NCBI GenBank assembly: GCA_043825875.1
Contig: JBDRRF010000084.1
Span: 1 to 64,000 of the forward strand
Direction: 5' to 3'
Length of the DNA stretch: 64,000 nt
DNA from: Pseudomonadota bacterium
Lineage (GTDB): Bacteria > Desulfobacterota > Desulfobacteria > Desulfobacterales > RPRI01
Below, in pieces: positions 39,801-49,238 of this stretch (position 1 is its first letter; every line of letters starts with the position of its first letter). A program made the translations under genes and the position numbers. The notes below the pieces were generated by a model. The model saw nothing but the letters and a program-made list of their open reading frames with translations. It was not told the origin of the DNA and made no database searches.

Positions 39801-40112
39801 GGATAATATTTCATATTCTATAGCAAGAGCTCTGTTTTGCAAGATAAAGTAACAGATAAAGTATGCACTCGTGAATAATATAAAATAATGTTGTTTTCTT
39901 AGCTGCTTGTTTTATATTTATAGAAAAATCATTGCTGTTTAACTCTGTTCACAGCTAAAAATCTTTAGAATTATTTAAATATATTGAATACTCTATAAGC
40001 ACAGGCATACATTTGGCATATCAAAACTTACGCAAATATTTTCGAATTGAAACATTACGCTCCATGATGTAGAGTCAAAAAACTACCATTTTAACTTTAT
40101 TATTAAAGTATT

Positions 40113-42713
40113 ATGATAAAATTTTCTGAAATTTATAATAAAATTTTTAAAAGAAATAAAATAAAATCGCCATATGATTTGCAACATCTTTTGAGTGAAT
40201 TCAAATCCCGATATCACAACTTTAAACTTCTATTAAGTTCCAACAATAAAGCGCTTGATATTATGGCTGATATCGAGTTGCTTCTTGAGGGTAAAAAACC
40301 ATTTGGCATGTCCCAGATAAAATCTCATTGTACTGCTGCATCGGTTAATGTTTATAAAATGTTAAAAAACTTTGATGAACTTGTTCCGGGAAAATACAGT
40401 GAATTGTTTTCCCGATTCAACGATATACAGCAGGACATAAATAATATTGTTTCACAAAAAAAGTCTGCAACTGATCACAGACTAGTTATACCTCTTGTTT
40501 CAGTTAATAAAGATATGGCCGACTTTATCGGAAGTAAAATGGCTAATATCGGAGAAATAAAAAACAGACTTAATATACTAGTGCCATCAGGTTTTGTTGT
40601 TACTTCTGCGGCCTATGATAAACTGATTTCACATAATGATCTCCAGGCTGAGATAGAAAGGCTTTTTCAGACAACCGACACCGATAACATGGAACAACTT
40701 TATACTTTGTCTTCAAAGATCCGGCAAATGATTATGAGATCTGAAGTGCCTGATGAACTTGAAGATTCCATTATTAAATCCGTTTACGACATAGAATATA
40801 TCAGGGGCAGGAAAATACGCTTTGCGTTAAGAAGCAGTGCTATCGGAGAGGATACTGCAAAAAACACATTTGCAGGTCTTTATCACTCAGAATTAAATGT
40901 TGGTGTCGACAATATTATTGACGCATATAAAACTGTGATAGCAGGAAAGTATTCGCTTCCAGCTATTACATACAGGCTGGAAAGAGGGTTTCGGGATGAA
41001 GATATACAAATGCCGGTTGGTTGTATGGAAATGGTGGATGCTGTTTCGGGAGGAGTATTATATTCAAGAAATCCTTTGGATATGAGTGATGATTATATTT
41101 TTATAAATTCAGCATGGGGTTTGCCCAAGTCGGTTGTTGACGGAAGTATTGATTGCGACCTTTTTGTTGTTTCAAGAAAACCACCGATTACGCTTGTACA
41201 TGAAGATATAAAAGTAAAATCAAAAAAGTTTGTCTGCTTTTACGAAGAAGGCGTATGCCGCATGGATAATACCGGAGAATCAAAAGATCTTCCCTCTTTG
41301 ACCAGGGAACAGATGTATAGTTTGTGCAACATGGCGCTTGAGATAGAAAAATATTACTGCTCGCCACAAGATATTGAATGGGCGGTTGACGGCAAAGGGT
41401 CGATTTATCTGCTTCAGTGTCGGCCATTGCAGGTATCGGAAAGATATAAAGAGATTGTGTTTCATGATCATGCAAAAAAGGATGCAACCGTTTTAGTTAA
41501 AGGAGGCATTACCGCAAGTCCCGGAGTAGCATCCGGAAAAGTTTTTCATGTTGATAAGGCAGTCGATATTTTAAAATTTCCGGAAGGAGCAGTGCTTGTA
41601 GCAAGGCAGGCGTTGCCAGCATGGGCGCCTCTTTTAAACAGAGCTTCTGCTGTTATAACTGAACAGGGAGGTTTTGCCGGTCATCTTGCAAATGTTGCCC
41701 GGGAAACGGAAGTGCCTGCTCTTTTCGGTGTCCCCATGGTTTATGATAAATTAATAGATGATGAAATTGTAACCGTTGATGCAAACTGCCTTGCCATCCA
41801 TGCCGGAATAATAAAATGTCTGTCGGATCCTTTTGTGAAACAGAATAATCTTATGCATAACAGCCCTGTTTATGATGTTCTGAAAAAAGTAAGCAGGCAC
41901 ATTGTTCCTCTTAGCCTTCTTGATCCTGATTCGCGTGGCTTTAAACCTTCAAATTGCAAATCATTGCACGATATCACTCGCTTTATACATGAAAAATCGG
42001 TGCATGAGATGTTTAACTTCGGGAAGGAACATAACTTTTCAGAGCGTTCGGGAAAACGGCTTGTGGATAAAATCCCGATGCAGTGGTGGGTTTTAAATCT
42101 GGATGACGGGTTCAGGGAAGAAGTTGAAGGAAAGTACGTAACGCTTGATAATATTATATCTATTCCAATGCTTGCAATATGGGAAGGAATCACTTCGATT
42201 AAATGGGATGGGCCTCCACCGGTTGATGGGAAAGGGCTTGCTAATGTAATGTTTGAAGCCACTTTAAATCCTGCTCTGACAACCGGTCTTCGATCCAAAT
42301 ATGCTGAAAAAAATTACTTCATGATATCTAAGTCGTTTTGCAGTCTAAGTTCAAGGCTGGGTTTTCACTTTTCCACAATAGAAAGTATTGTATGTGATCG
42401 GGAAGGAGAAAATTATATAAGTTTTCAGTTTAAAGGCGGTGCAGCTGATCATGACAGAAAACTCAAAAGAGTCCTGTTTCTTGCTGAAATACTGGAAAAG
42501 TACGGCTTCAGAGTAAACGTTAAAAAAGACAGCCTCTTTTCAAGGGTAGACAACAGGGAAAGAGTATTTATGGAACAGCGCCTTAAAATACTGGGCTATC
42601 TGACAATTCACACAAGACAGATTGATATGATAATGTCAAGAGAGTCCACTGTAAATCATTACAAAAAGAAATATTTTGCAGATATTGAGAAGATAATAGG
42701 TGCCGAAGACTAA
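40113..42713 (+). CDS. PEP-synthase/PPDK-like protein A (ATP-grasp + phospho-His domain, non-canonical C-terminus)
   Basis: GSKMANIGE, ALRSSAIGED..FAG, QDIEWA, LLQCRP; TEQGGFAGHLANVARE; no PEP/pyruvate TIM-barrel motifs. Confidence 0.85.
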   Translation: MIKFSEIYNKIFKRNKIKSPYDLQHLLSEFKSRYHNFKLLLSSNNKALDIMADIELLLEGKKPFGMSQIKSHCTAASVNVYKMLKNFDELVPGKYSELFSRFNDIQQDINNIVSQKKSATDHRLVIPLVSVNKDMADFIGSKMANIGEIKNRLNILVPSGFVVTSAAYDKLISHNDLQAEIERLFQTTDTDNMEQLYTLSSKIRQMIMRSEVPDELEDSIIKSVYDIEYIRGRKIRFALRSSAIGEDTAKNTFAGLYHSELNVGVDNIIDAYKTVIAGKYSLPAITYRLERGFRDEDIQMPVGCMEMVDAVSGGVLYSRNPLDMSDDYIFINSAWGLPKSVVDGSIDCDLFVVSRKPPITLVHEDIKVKSKKFVCFYEEGVCRMDNTGESKDLPSLTREQMYSLCNMALEIEKYYCSPQDIEWAVDGKGSIYLLQCRPLQVSERYKEIVFHDHAKKDATVLVKGGITASPGVASGKVFHVDKAVDILKFPEGAVLVARQALPAWAPLLNRASAVITEQGGFAGHLANVARETEVPALFGVPMVYDKLIDDEIVTVDANCLAIHAGIIKCLSDPFVKQNNLMHNSPVYDVLKKVSRHIVPLSLLDPDSRGFKPSNCKSLHDITRFIHEKSVHEMFNFGKEHNFSERSGKRLVDKIPMQWWVLNLDDGFREEVEGKYVTLDNIISIPMLAIWEGITSIKWDGPPPVDGKGLANVMFEATLNPALTTGLRSKYAEKNYFMISKSFCSLSSRLGFHFSTIESIVCDREGENYISFQFKGGAADHDRKLKRVLFLAEILEKYGFRVNVKKDSLFSRVDNRERVFMEQRLKILGYLTIHTRQIDMIMSRESTVNHYKKKYFADIEKIIGAED

Positions 42714-42748
42714 AGCTATGTTAAGCGCTTGTCAGTAACTTTTCGCAT

Positions 42749-43189
42749 TCATCCCATTTTTTCCTTCTTCTCGTCTTTAACCCTATTTTCTTCAAGGCGA
42801 GTTATTTTTCCTTCCTGGATTTTTTTCCTTTTGTAGGCGTCTTCGAGCTTATATAGCAATTCATCAACATCGGTTGGTTTCATCAGATAGTCAAAAGCTC
42901 CAAGTTCCATTCCCTCAACGGCAACCTCAACGTTCGCATGCCCCGTCAGCATAACTACTTCAACAAGGGGCTTTATCTTTTTGATTTCTCTTAATGTCTG
43001 TATGCCGTCCATGCCCTGCATTTTTACATCCAGAACAACAAGATCCGGTGGAGACTCTTTTAAAATTGCAAGTGCCTCTTCTCCGCTATATACTCCACTT
43101 GCCTTTACCTTTCTCTTTAACAACCTTTTTAACAACGTGTCTAAAAACTCTTTTTCATCATCTACTATAAGAACGCTGAATTCGTACAC
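42749..43189 (-). CDS. Single-domain response regulator
   Basis: LIVDDE, VLDVKM, LTGHA, MKP; GTG start at 43189 with AGGAGG RBS. Confidence 0.9.
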   Translation of the reverse strand: MYEFSVLIVDDEKEFLDTLLKRLLKRKVKASGVYSGEEALAILKESPPDLVVLDVKMQGMDGIQTLREIKKIKPLVEVVMLTGHANVEVAVEGMELGAFDYLMKPTDVDELLYKLEDAYKRKKIQEGKITRLEENRVKDEKKEKMG

Positions 43190-43190
43190 T

Positions 43191-43613
43191 TTAATTGCCT
43201 CCTGCCTTTGAGCAAACCTGTATGATCTTATTAAACAAATCTTCAAAATCACACGGCTTTGTGAGATATTCGGCTGCGCCGTAATTAACAGCTTCTTCCG
43301 ACGCAGCCTCCGATCCGTGTCCTGTCAGTATTATTACCGGAAGTTCCGGAGTCATTTTCCCGAAAATTTTCAAAACTTCGATTCCATCCATATCTTCCAT
43401 CTTAAGGTCTAGAACCGCTACATCAAAATCGGTTTTTCGCATAGCCCTGAGCGCTTCTGTTCCTGAAAAAGCTTTTGTTACATCAAAATTTCTTTTTGAA
43501 AGTCTTTTGGCAATAACATTGACAAAGTCTTTTTCATCATCCACAAACAATACCTTGATACGGTTATTATTTTTATCGGGTTCTGCTTTTATGCTTTGTT
43601 TGATTTCCGCCAT
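43191..43613 (-). CDS. Single-domain response regulator
   Basis: LFVDDE, VLDLKM, LTGHG, TKP; start uncertain (the track's 43682 start lies inside the MITE). Confidence 0.88.
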   Translation of the reverse strand: MAEIKQSIKAEPDKNNNRIKVLFVDDEKDFVNVIAKRLSKRNFDVTKAFSGTEALRAMRKTDFDVAVLDLKMEDMDGIEVLKIFGKMTPELPVIILTGHGSEAASEEAVNYGAAEYLTKPCDFEDLFNKIIQVCSKAGGN

Positions 43614-43669
43614 TTTAATTACCTGTTCTTGCTCCAGCAAAGTATCCATCGCCTGCGGCGAATCTTTAT

Positions 43670-43834
43670 GAGCCAGTTTCAAAACGCCCCATTTTGGCCG
43701 ATCTTAAGCGTTGGGCTCAAATTTCGCACGAAGTGAAGCTTTAGCGCTATCCTCGAAATACTCGATGTATTCCTGTGGTTGAAATTTTCTCCCGCCTTGA
43801 GATTGACCAAACTGAAACGTTTTGAAAGTGGCTC
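43670..43834 (+). mobile_element. MITE copy 5 with internal ~22-bp insertion
   Basis: 165 bp; TTAT direct repeat (43666-43669 / 43835-43838); extra GCACGAAGTGAAGCTTTAGCGCT. Confidence 0.9.
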
Positions 43835-43860
43835 TTATGTCTATCGAAAAAAACCGCTTA

Positions 43861-45552
43861 TTATTTTCTTCTGGTGGGAAGCCGTATATAAAATGTTGTC
43901 CCAGCATCGACTACACTTATAACGTCGATTATTCCTCCCATCTTTTTTACTATTCCGTAGCATATTGAAAGTCCCAATCCGGTTCCTTTCCCAACAGGCT
44001 TTGTTGTGAAGAAGGGGTCGAATATCCTGGCAAGATTTGATTTGGGAATTCCAGGGCCATCATCAGCTATGCTAATTACTGTTTCATTTGCTTCCAGAAA
44101 GCTTGTAAGTGTTATATTCCCACCTCTTTTTTCCAATGCATCCAAAGCATTATTCATGAGGTTCAAAAAAACCTGCTGAATTTCAGTATGTGACAGCCGT
44201 AATATCGGGAGGTTTTGCTGAAGATTGGATTTTATGCTGACATTGCTGAATTTCGCTCTTTGCGAGCAAAAACTTACCACATCATTTATTACGTCATTTA
44301 TATTGGTATCTTCCAATACAGCATCCGTTTTCCTGGCAAAACTCAAAAGCTTTTTAGTAATATCCCGGCATCTTTTTCCCTGGGTTTTTATTTGCGCAAG
44401 TGCCCTTTCAAGTTCTTTCCTGTTTTCCGTGTTGCTTAAAGGCTCATCTTCCATAAAATCGTGAACCCAACCTGCTTCTTCAACCATAATAGCAACAGGA
44501 TTATTTATCTCATGAGCTATTCCGGCTGCAAGCTCACCAAGTGAAGCCAGCTTTCCTGTTTCTAAAATCTTTTGGTTCATGGCTTCTTTTTCTTCATCCG
44601 TTTTGGCTATTTTGGCTATTATCCATTTTGAAAGCAAAAAGGCGGTTATCATGATTACTATGCCGTCTATCAGAATAATAAGAATAGTAATATGTTTAGC
44701 ATCAGTCAGCTCGGCAAAGGCATCCGATTTATCTTGCTGGCAGATAAGTACCCAGTCACCGTTTTTTATCAAAGAGGCCACATATAAATGCTTTTTCTCC
44801 GAATCATCCTCTATCTCGGAAAAATATATCTCCTCTTTTGTGCTGATCCCTTTTTTAATATTGTTGAAAATAGAATATACTTTGCTGGAAACGACTTCAG
44901 AGTTAGGTTTTGACTGAAATTCTCCTTTGCTGTTTAGTATAAATGCAAACCCGGTTTTGCCTATCCGGAGGTTTTCAACAAGAGAATTGAAAGTAGCAAA
45001 GCTTATAGTTGTTCTTAATATCCATGGAAGTCCATTGTTGTTTTGTCTAACAGCGATTATAAAATGAGGTGTGCCCCGCAGGCCAACAAATATATCGCTT
45101 ATAAAGTAATCACTGTTAATTGCCTTCTGAAACCACTGGGTTTCCGAATAATTGGCCTTTTCCAGTTTAAATGGTCCGGCATAAGTTATCTGAATGCCTT
45201 TGTCATTAATTACCCCAAGGTCTTCAAAAACAGAACCATATTCAGTTTGAAGCGAAGCAAGGCTGTTGTTCAGAAAGTCTTCATTATTAAGTTTCTCAAA
45301 AGTAAACGATTTTGCCATAAATCTTATACTGTTTAATTTTTCCAGCAAAAAACCGTCAATGTTTTGCTTATGCTTTAAAACAAGTTCGCCGAGATGGGCG
45401 TTTTGTTTTTTATGGTAGGAAGCACTGAAGCGTTCCAAAATAATTCCGCTGACTGTGACTAAAGGAACAAAAGAAAGCGCAATAATAATAAAAAGCATTT
45501 TTTTTAAAAGGGATTTATAATAAGGATCTTTTAGTTGGTTTTTCCAGGTCAT
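43861..45552 (-). CDS. Sensor histidine kinase with dCache-like domain
   Basis: AHEINNPV, DDGPGI, PFFTTK, GTGLGL; paralog of the 34456 and 46466 kinases. Confidence 0.93.
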   Translation of the reverse strand: MTWKNQLKDPYYKSLLKKMLFIIIALSFVPLVTVSGIILERFSASYHKKQNAHLGELVLKHKQNIDGFLLEKLNSIRFMAKSFTFEKLNNEDFLNNSLASLQTEYGSVFEDLGVINDKGIQITYAGPFKLEKANYSETQWFQKAINSDYFISDIFVGLRGTPHFIIAVRQNNNGLPWILRTTISFATFNSLVENLRIGKTGFAFILNSKGEFQSKPNSEVVSSKVYSIFNNIKKGISTKEEIYFSEIEDDSEKKHLYVASLIKNGDWVLICQQDKSDAFAELTDAKHITILIILIDGIVIMITAFLLSKWIIAKIAKTDEEKEAMNQKILETGKLASLGELAAGIAHEINNPVAIMVEEAGWVHDFMEDEPLSNTENRKELERALAQIKTQGKRCRDITKKLLSFARKTDAVLEDTNINDVINDVVSFCSQRAKFSNVSIKSNLQQNLPILRLSHTEIQQVFLNLMNNALDALEKRGGNITLTSFLEANETVISIADDGPGIPKSNLARIFDPFFTTKPVGKGTGLGLSICYGIVKKMGGIIDVISVVDAGTTFYIRLPTRRK

Positions 45553-45892
45553 GGTATAAAATCACAAATTATCTTTTTCAACAGTTATGCCGGTCTGCAA
45601 TTGATTAAGTTTTTTGTCTATCTTATAATCTATCGCCTGTAAAGTTGTTTTTGGCGGACATATGGATGAAAAATCAGGACGTGTTCGTGTTTTTTAAATT
45701 AATTATTGAATGAAAGGCTATATATATTTGTTTATATAGGATATAATATCAATAAGCGATGTAGAAATCAACTCAAGAAATAAGTTTTTGTTAGTTTGTT
45801 ATGTATTTTTTAAAGCAACCCCAGTTTAACTCTTTCCTTTCAAAAAAATCGGAAATCCCCATACCATATCGCGGTAGTATGACATAATGAAT

Positions 45893-45918
45893 TTTACATA
45901 TTGTAAAAAATATCGACA
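45893..45918 (+). promoter_or_regulatory. Upstream activator sequence (bEBP site) 2
   Basis: TTTACATAT-TGTAAAAAATATCGACA, ~83 bp upstream of the sigma-54 promoter. Confidence 0.7.
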
Positions 45919-46000
45919 TAGATCTTAAAAATCACAAATTGCGTGTCAAGACTTTCCCTAATAAATTAATATGTTATAAATATATTCGTTTGAGTAAAGA

Positions 46001-46016
46001 TGGCACATGTCTTGCC
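46001..46016 (+). promoter_or_regulatory. Sigma-54 promoter of the 46056 operon
   Basis: TGGCACATGTCTTGCC, exact GG-N10-GC. Confidence 0.8.
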
Positions 46017-46055
46017 TTAATATTTTTAAAATAATTTATATCGGAGAAATAGGCA

Positions 46056-46451
46056 TTGAAAAAAGAATTCAAAATACTAATTGCAGACCGAAACTCCAAT
46101 GTTAGAGATTTTTTAAAACGTGAGATGACAGACGAAGGATATGCCGTTGTTCTGGCGGAAAGCGGGAGGGAGGTTTTAAAGTTGGCATATAATCTTAATC
46201 CTGTTGATCTTTTAATACTTGATCCTGATTTGCCCGATGCTGATGAATCTTTATTGCTGATGAAACTTAATCAAAAAACCCCCTGCATTCCGGTAGTACT
46301 TCATACCTTTTTTTCAGAATATATTGCTACTTCAAAAATTATTGCTCCAACAGAGTTTGTTGAAAAAGGCGGAAACAGTATAGAACAACTTAAAAAAGTT
46401 ATTGAAACTATTTTAAACAACAAGATCAGCACAAACCTTGGAAAAGGATAG
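46056..46451 (+). CDS. Atypical single-domain response regulator
   Basis: LIADRN (acidic pair altered), LILDPDLP, VVLHT, VEK. Confidence 0.8.
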   Translation: MKKEFKILIADRNSNVRDFLKREMTDEGYAVVLAESGREVLKLAYNLNPVDLLILDPDLPDADESLLLMKLNQKTPCIPVVLHTFFSEYIATSKIIAPTEFVEKGGNSIEQLKKVIETILNNKISTNLGKG

Positions 46452-46465
46452 GTGGAGATACTGAT

Positions 46466-48127
46466 ATGAAAAGAAGGTTATATGCAAATCTTCAGAGAAG
46501 AATTATTCTCATAACCCTATTTGTTTCCTTCGTACCGCTGATCTTTCTTAGTATTACGATTTACCAACAATTTGCACATGTATTTAAAAACAAAATTGAA
46601 GAACAAATCACTTATCGGGCAAGAGTTCAGAGTAATGCTATAGAACTATTCTTAAAAGAACGCACTGCAATTCTATTGGCTATGGCCGACTCATATACAT
46701 TTGATTTTCTATCGGAAAGAAATAACCTCGAGAAAATCTTCAAGATAATGAATAACCGGGTCGGAGGATTCATTGATCTGGGAATGATAGACAGCTCCGG
46801 CCGGCATGTCGCTTACATCGGTCCTTACAACCTCCTTAATGTTAATTATTATTCGGAACCATGGTTCCGTGAGGTTGAAAGCAAGGGTGTTTATGTAAGT
46901 GATGTGTTTATGGGATACAGGCGCGTACCTCATTTTATTATCGCCCTCCAGCGTCAGGAAGCAAACAGAAGATGGATATTAAGAGCGACCATAGATTCCG
47001 ATGTTTTTGAAAGCCTCGTTCGTACCGCACAGGTTGGAAAAACAGGAGATGCTTTTATTATCAACAAAGATGGCTACTACCAAACTCGCATGCGTTTTGG
47101 AGGCGAAATTCTTTCCAAATCGAACCTGGATACTACTATTTTCGGCGAGGGAACAATGGCGCTGGAAAAGGTAAACGAACATGGGAAAAAGTTGTTATAT
47201 GCCGGTCGCTGGTTTAAAAAAAACAACTGGCTCCTTGTTATAAGCCAGGATGCTTCGGAAGAAATGACACACCTTTTCAAAACAAAACAAATGGAAATTA
47301 TTATCGTAACAATAGGCTGTCTTATGATAATTTCTACTACTATCTTTATAACTCACATGATCATAAAACGTCTGGAATATTCAGACAAGAAGATGAACGA
47401 ACTTAATGCTCAACTCGTTCATTCGGATAAACTGGCTGCCCTTGGCAAGATGGCCACAGGTGTTGCCCATGAAATAAATAATCCTCTTGCAGTCATAGCT
47501 GAAAAAACAGGTTGGATGGAAGATCTCTTAGAGGAAGAAGAGTTTCAGAACAGCCAAAATCTCGAAGAGTATAAAAAGTCGCTTTTAAAAATCGAAGAGC
47601 ATGTTGAAAGGGCAAGAAAGGTTACACATGGAATGCTCGGATTTGCGCGCAGGATGGAACCTCATCTGGAAGATGTGGATATAAATAAAGTTTTGAATGA
47701 AACTATTACTTTCTTGGAAAGTTATGCCCGTACCAACAACATCACTATATCAACTGACTTAAAACATAATCTTCCAATAATTGCAGGAGATCATTCCCAG
47801 ATACAACAAGTGTTTTTGAATCTTTTAACCAATGCGATTGATGCTGTAGGTAAAGACGGAATCGTATGGATAAGCAGCCGAATCAACAACTCGAAAATAT
47901 CAGTCAGCGTGAAAGATAATGGGCTGGGAATTCCAAAAGAATATCAGGCAAAAGTTTTTGAACCTTTTTTTACAACCAAACAAACAGGTAAAGGAACGGG
48001 ATTGGGCTTATCCGTCAGCTATAATATAGTCCGGAATATGGGTGGTACTGTTACTCTTGAAAGCGAAGAAGGTAAAGGAACAACATTTACCGTAAATTTA
48101 CCTATCGTTATTCCGGAGAAGAAGTAG
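46466..48127 (+). CDS. Sensor histidine kinase with dCache-like domain
   Basis: AHEINNPL, DNGLGI, PFFTTK, GTGLGL. Confidence 0.93.
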   Translation: MKRRLYANLQRRIILITLFVSFVPLIFLSITIYQQFAHVFKNKIEEQITYRARVQSNAIELFLKERTAILLAMADSYTFDFLSERNNLEKIFKIMNNRVGGFIDLGMIDSSGRHVAYIGPYNLLNVNYYSEPWFREVESKGVYVSDVFMGYRRVPHFIIALQRQEANRRWILRATIDSDVFESLVRTAQVGKTGDAFIINKDGYYQTRMRFGGEILSKSNLDTTIFGEGTMALEKVNEHGKKLLYAGRWFKKNNWLLVISQDASEEMTHLFKTKQMEIIIVTIGCLMIISTTIFITHMIIKRLEYSDKKMNELNAQLVHSDKLAALGKMATGVAHEINNPLAVIAEKTGWMEDLLEEEEFQNSQNLEEYKKSLLKIEEHVERARKVTHGMLGFARRMEPHLEDVDINKVLNETITFLESYARTNNITISTDLKHNLPIIAGDHSQIQQVFLNLLTNAIDAVGKDGIVWISSRINNSKISVSVKDNGLGIPKEYQAKVFEPFFTTKQTGKGTGLGLSVSYNIVRNMGGTVTLESEEGKGTTFTVNLPIVIPEKK

Positions 48128-48148
48128 AAGTGGATTTTATTAACAATA

Positions 48149-48290
48149 GAGCCACTTTCAAAACGTTTCAGTTTGGTCAAGCTCAAGGCGGGTGAAAATT
48201 TCAACCACAGGAATACATTAAGTATTTCGAGGATTGAAATTTGAGCCCAACGCAGAGATCGGCCAAAATGGGGCGTTTTGGAACTGGCTC
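48149..48290 (-). mobile_element. MITE copy 6 (inverted)
   Basis: 142 bp with TIRs; flanks AATA/CATA (one mismatch). Confidence 0.9.
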
Positions 48291-48379
48291 CATAGGTCAT
48301 TAATCGGGAGCCGGGAAACACGAAGCGGTGGCAAGATGGCCCGACACAAGATTATAAATTAATCAATTAAGGAGGTTTA

Positions 48380-48799
48380 ATGTTTAACTTCCGGGTTTTA
48401 ATAGTAGATGATGAAGCCGATTTTCTGGAAACAATAGTCAATCGTTTGAAGAAAAGAAAAATTGAAGCAACAGGAGTTCCCAGCGGCGAAGCCGCCCTGG
48501 AGCTGATTAAGGAAAAGCCCTTTGATATTGTTGTTTTAGACATCAAAATGCCGGGCGGCATAGACGGCATAGAAGTGCTGAGAGAAATCAAAAGCATACG
48601 ACCTTTAACCGAGGTTATTCTTCTTACCGGCCATGCCTCGGTTGAAACAAGTATTGAAGGATTGAAACTCGGTGCCTTCGATTATCTGTTAAAACCTGTA
48701 AAGTTTGTTGAACTTCTGGATAAAATTGCTGCGGCTTTCGAAAAGAAGAGTTCTCAGGAACAAAAGATTCGAGCAGCTAAGAATCGTGAGATAGACTGA
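48380..48799 (+). CDS. Single-domain response regulator
   Basis: LIVDDE, VLDIKMP, LTGHA, LKP. Confidence 0.92.
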   Translation: MFNFRVLIVDDEADFLETIVNRLKKRKIEATGVPSGEAALELIKEKPFDIVVLDIKMPGGIDGIEVLREIKSIRPLTEVILLTGHASVETSIEGLKLGAFDYLLKPVKFVELLDKIAAAFEKKSSQEQKIRAAKNREID

Positions 48800-48875
48800 T
48801 ATGGGAAGTATGTAAAATTGAACCATATGCCCCGTGAGGCAATAATATAACAAAATTGAAAAGGAGGGTGTCAAA

Positions 48876-49172
48876 ATGCGTAAAATTTGGATTAAGCTGA
48901 CAGGTATGATTACAATGGTGTTTCTGTTTTCAGTAGAAACAGTGCTTGCGGGAGGTGAAAAAGCTTCACTTCTCGTTATAGTGGCCGACACCCGTAAATT
49001 AAGCGGTTGGGAGGCCTGGTTTGCTAATCTTTATAATGAAAGTCATTTGTATTTCACAATTTTAACCGTAGTATCCATTCCGATTATCGGAGTAATTTTT
49101 GGTGTTCTGGCTGATCTGGTAATGTCCAGAATAGGAATAGACTTAAAATCAAGGGAATTGTCGGAACACTAG
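48876..49172 (+). CDS. Small membrane protein (DVU0150-like family)
   Basis: Signal peptide, VIVADTR, WFANLYN, GIDLKSR..EH; immediately upstream of TSUP gene. Confidence 0.75.
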   Translation: MRKIWIKLTGMITMVFLFSVETVLAGGEKASLLVIVADTRKLSGWEAWFANLYNESHLYFTILTVVSIPIIGVIFGVLADLVMSRIGIDLKSRELSEH

Positions 49173-49238
49173 TATCATCTAAACTTGTTGAGTAGATATT
49201 TCAAATTAAAATAAAGATTAACACCAGGAGGTTAAATC

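Noticed and set aside
48298..48352. Possible riboswitch (GGAAACACGAAG... resembles the start of c-di-GMP-II)
   Set aside because: Downstream conserved elements and pseudoknot are absent; only a weak GC stem is visible
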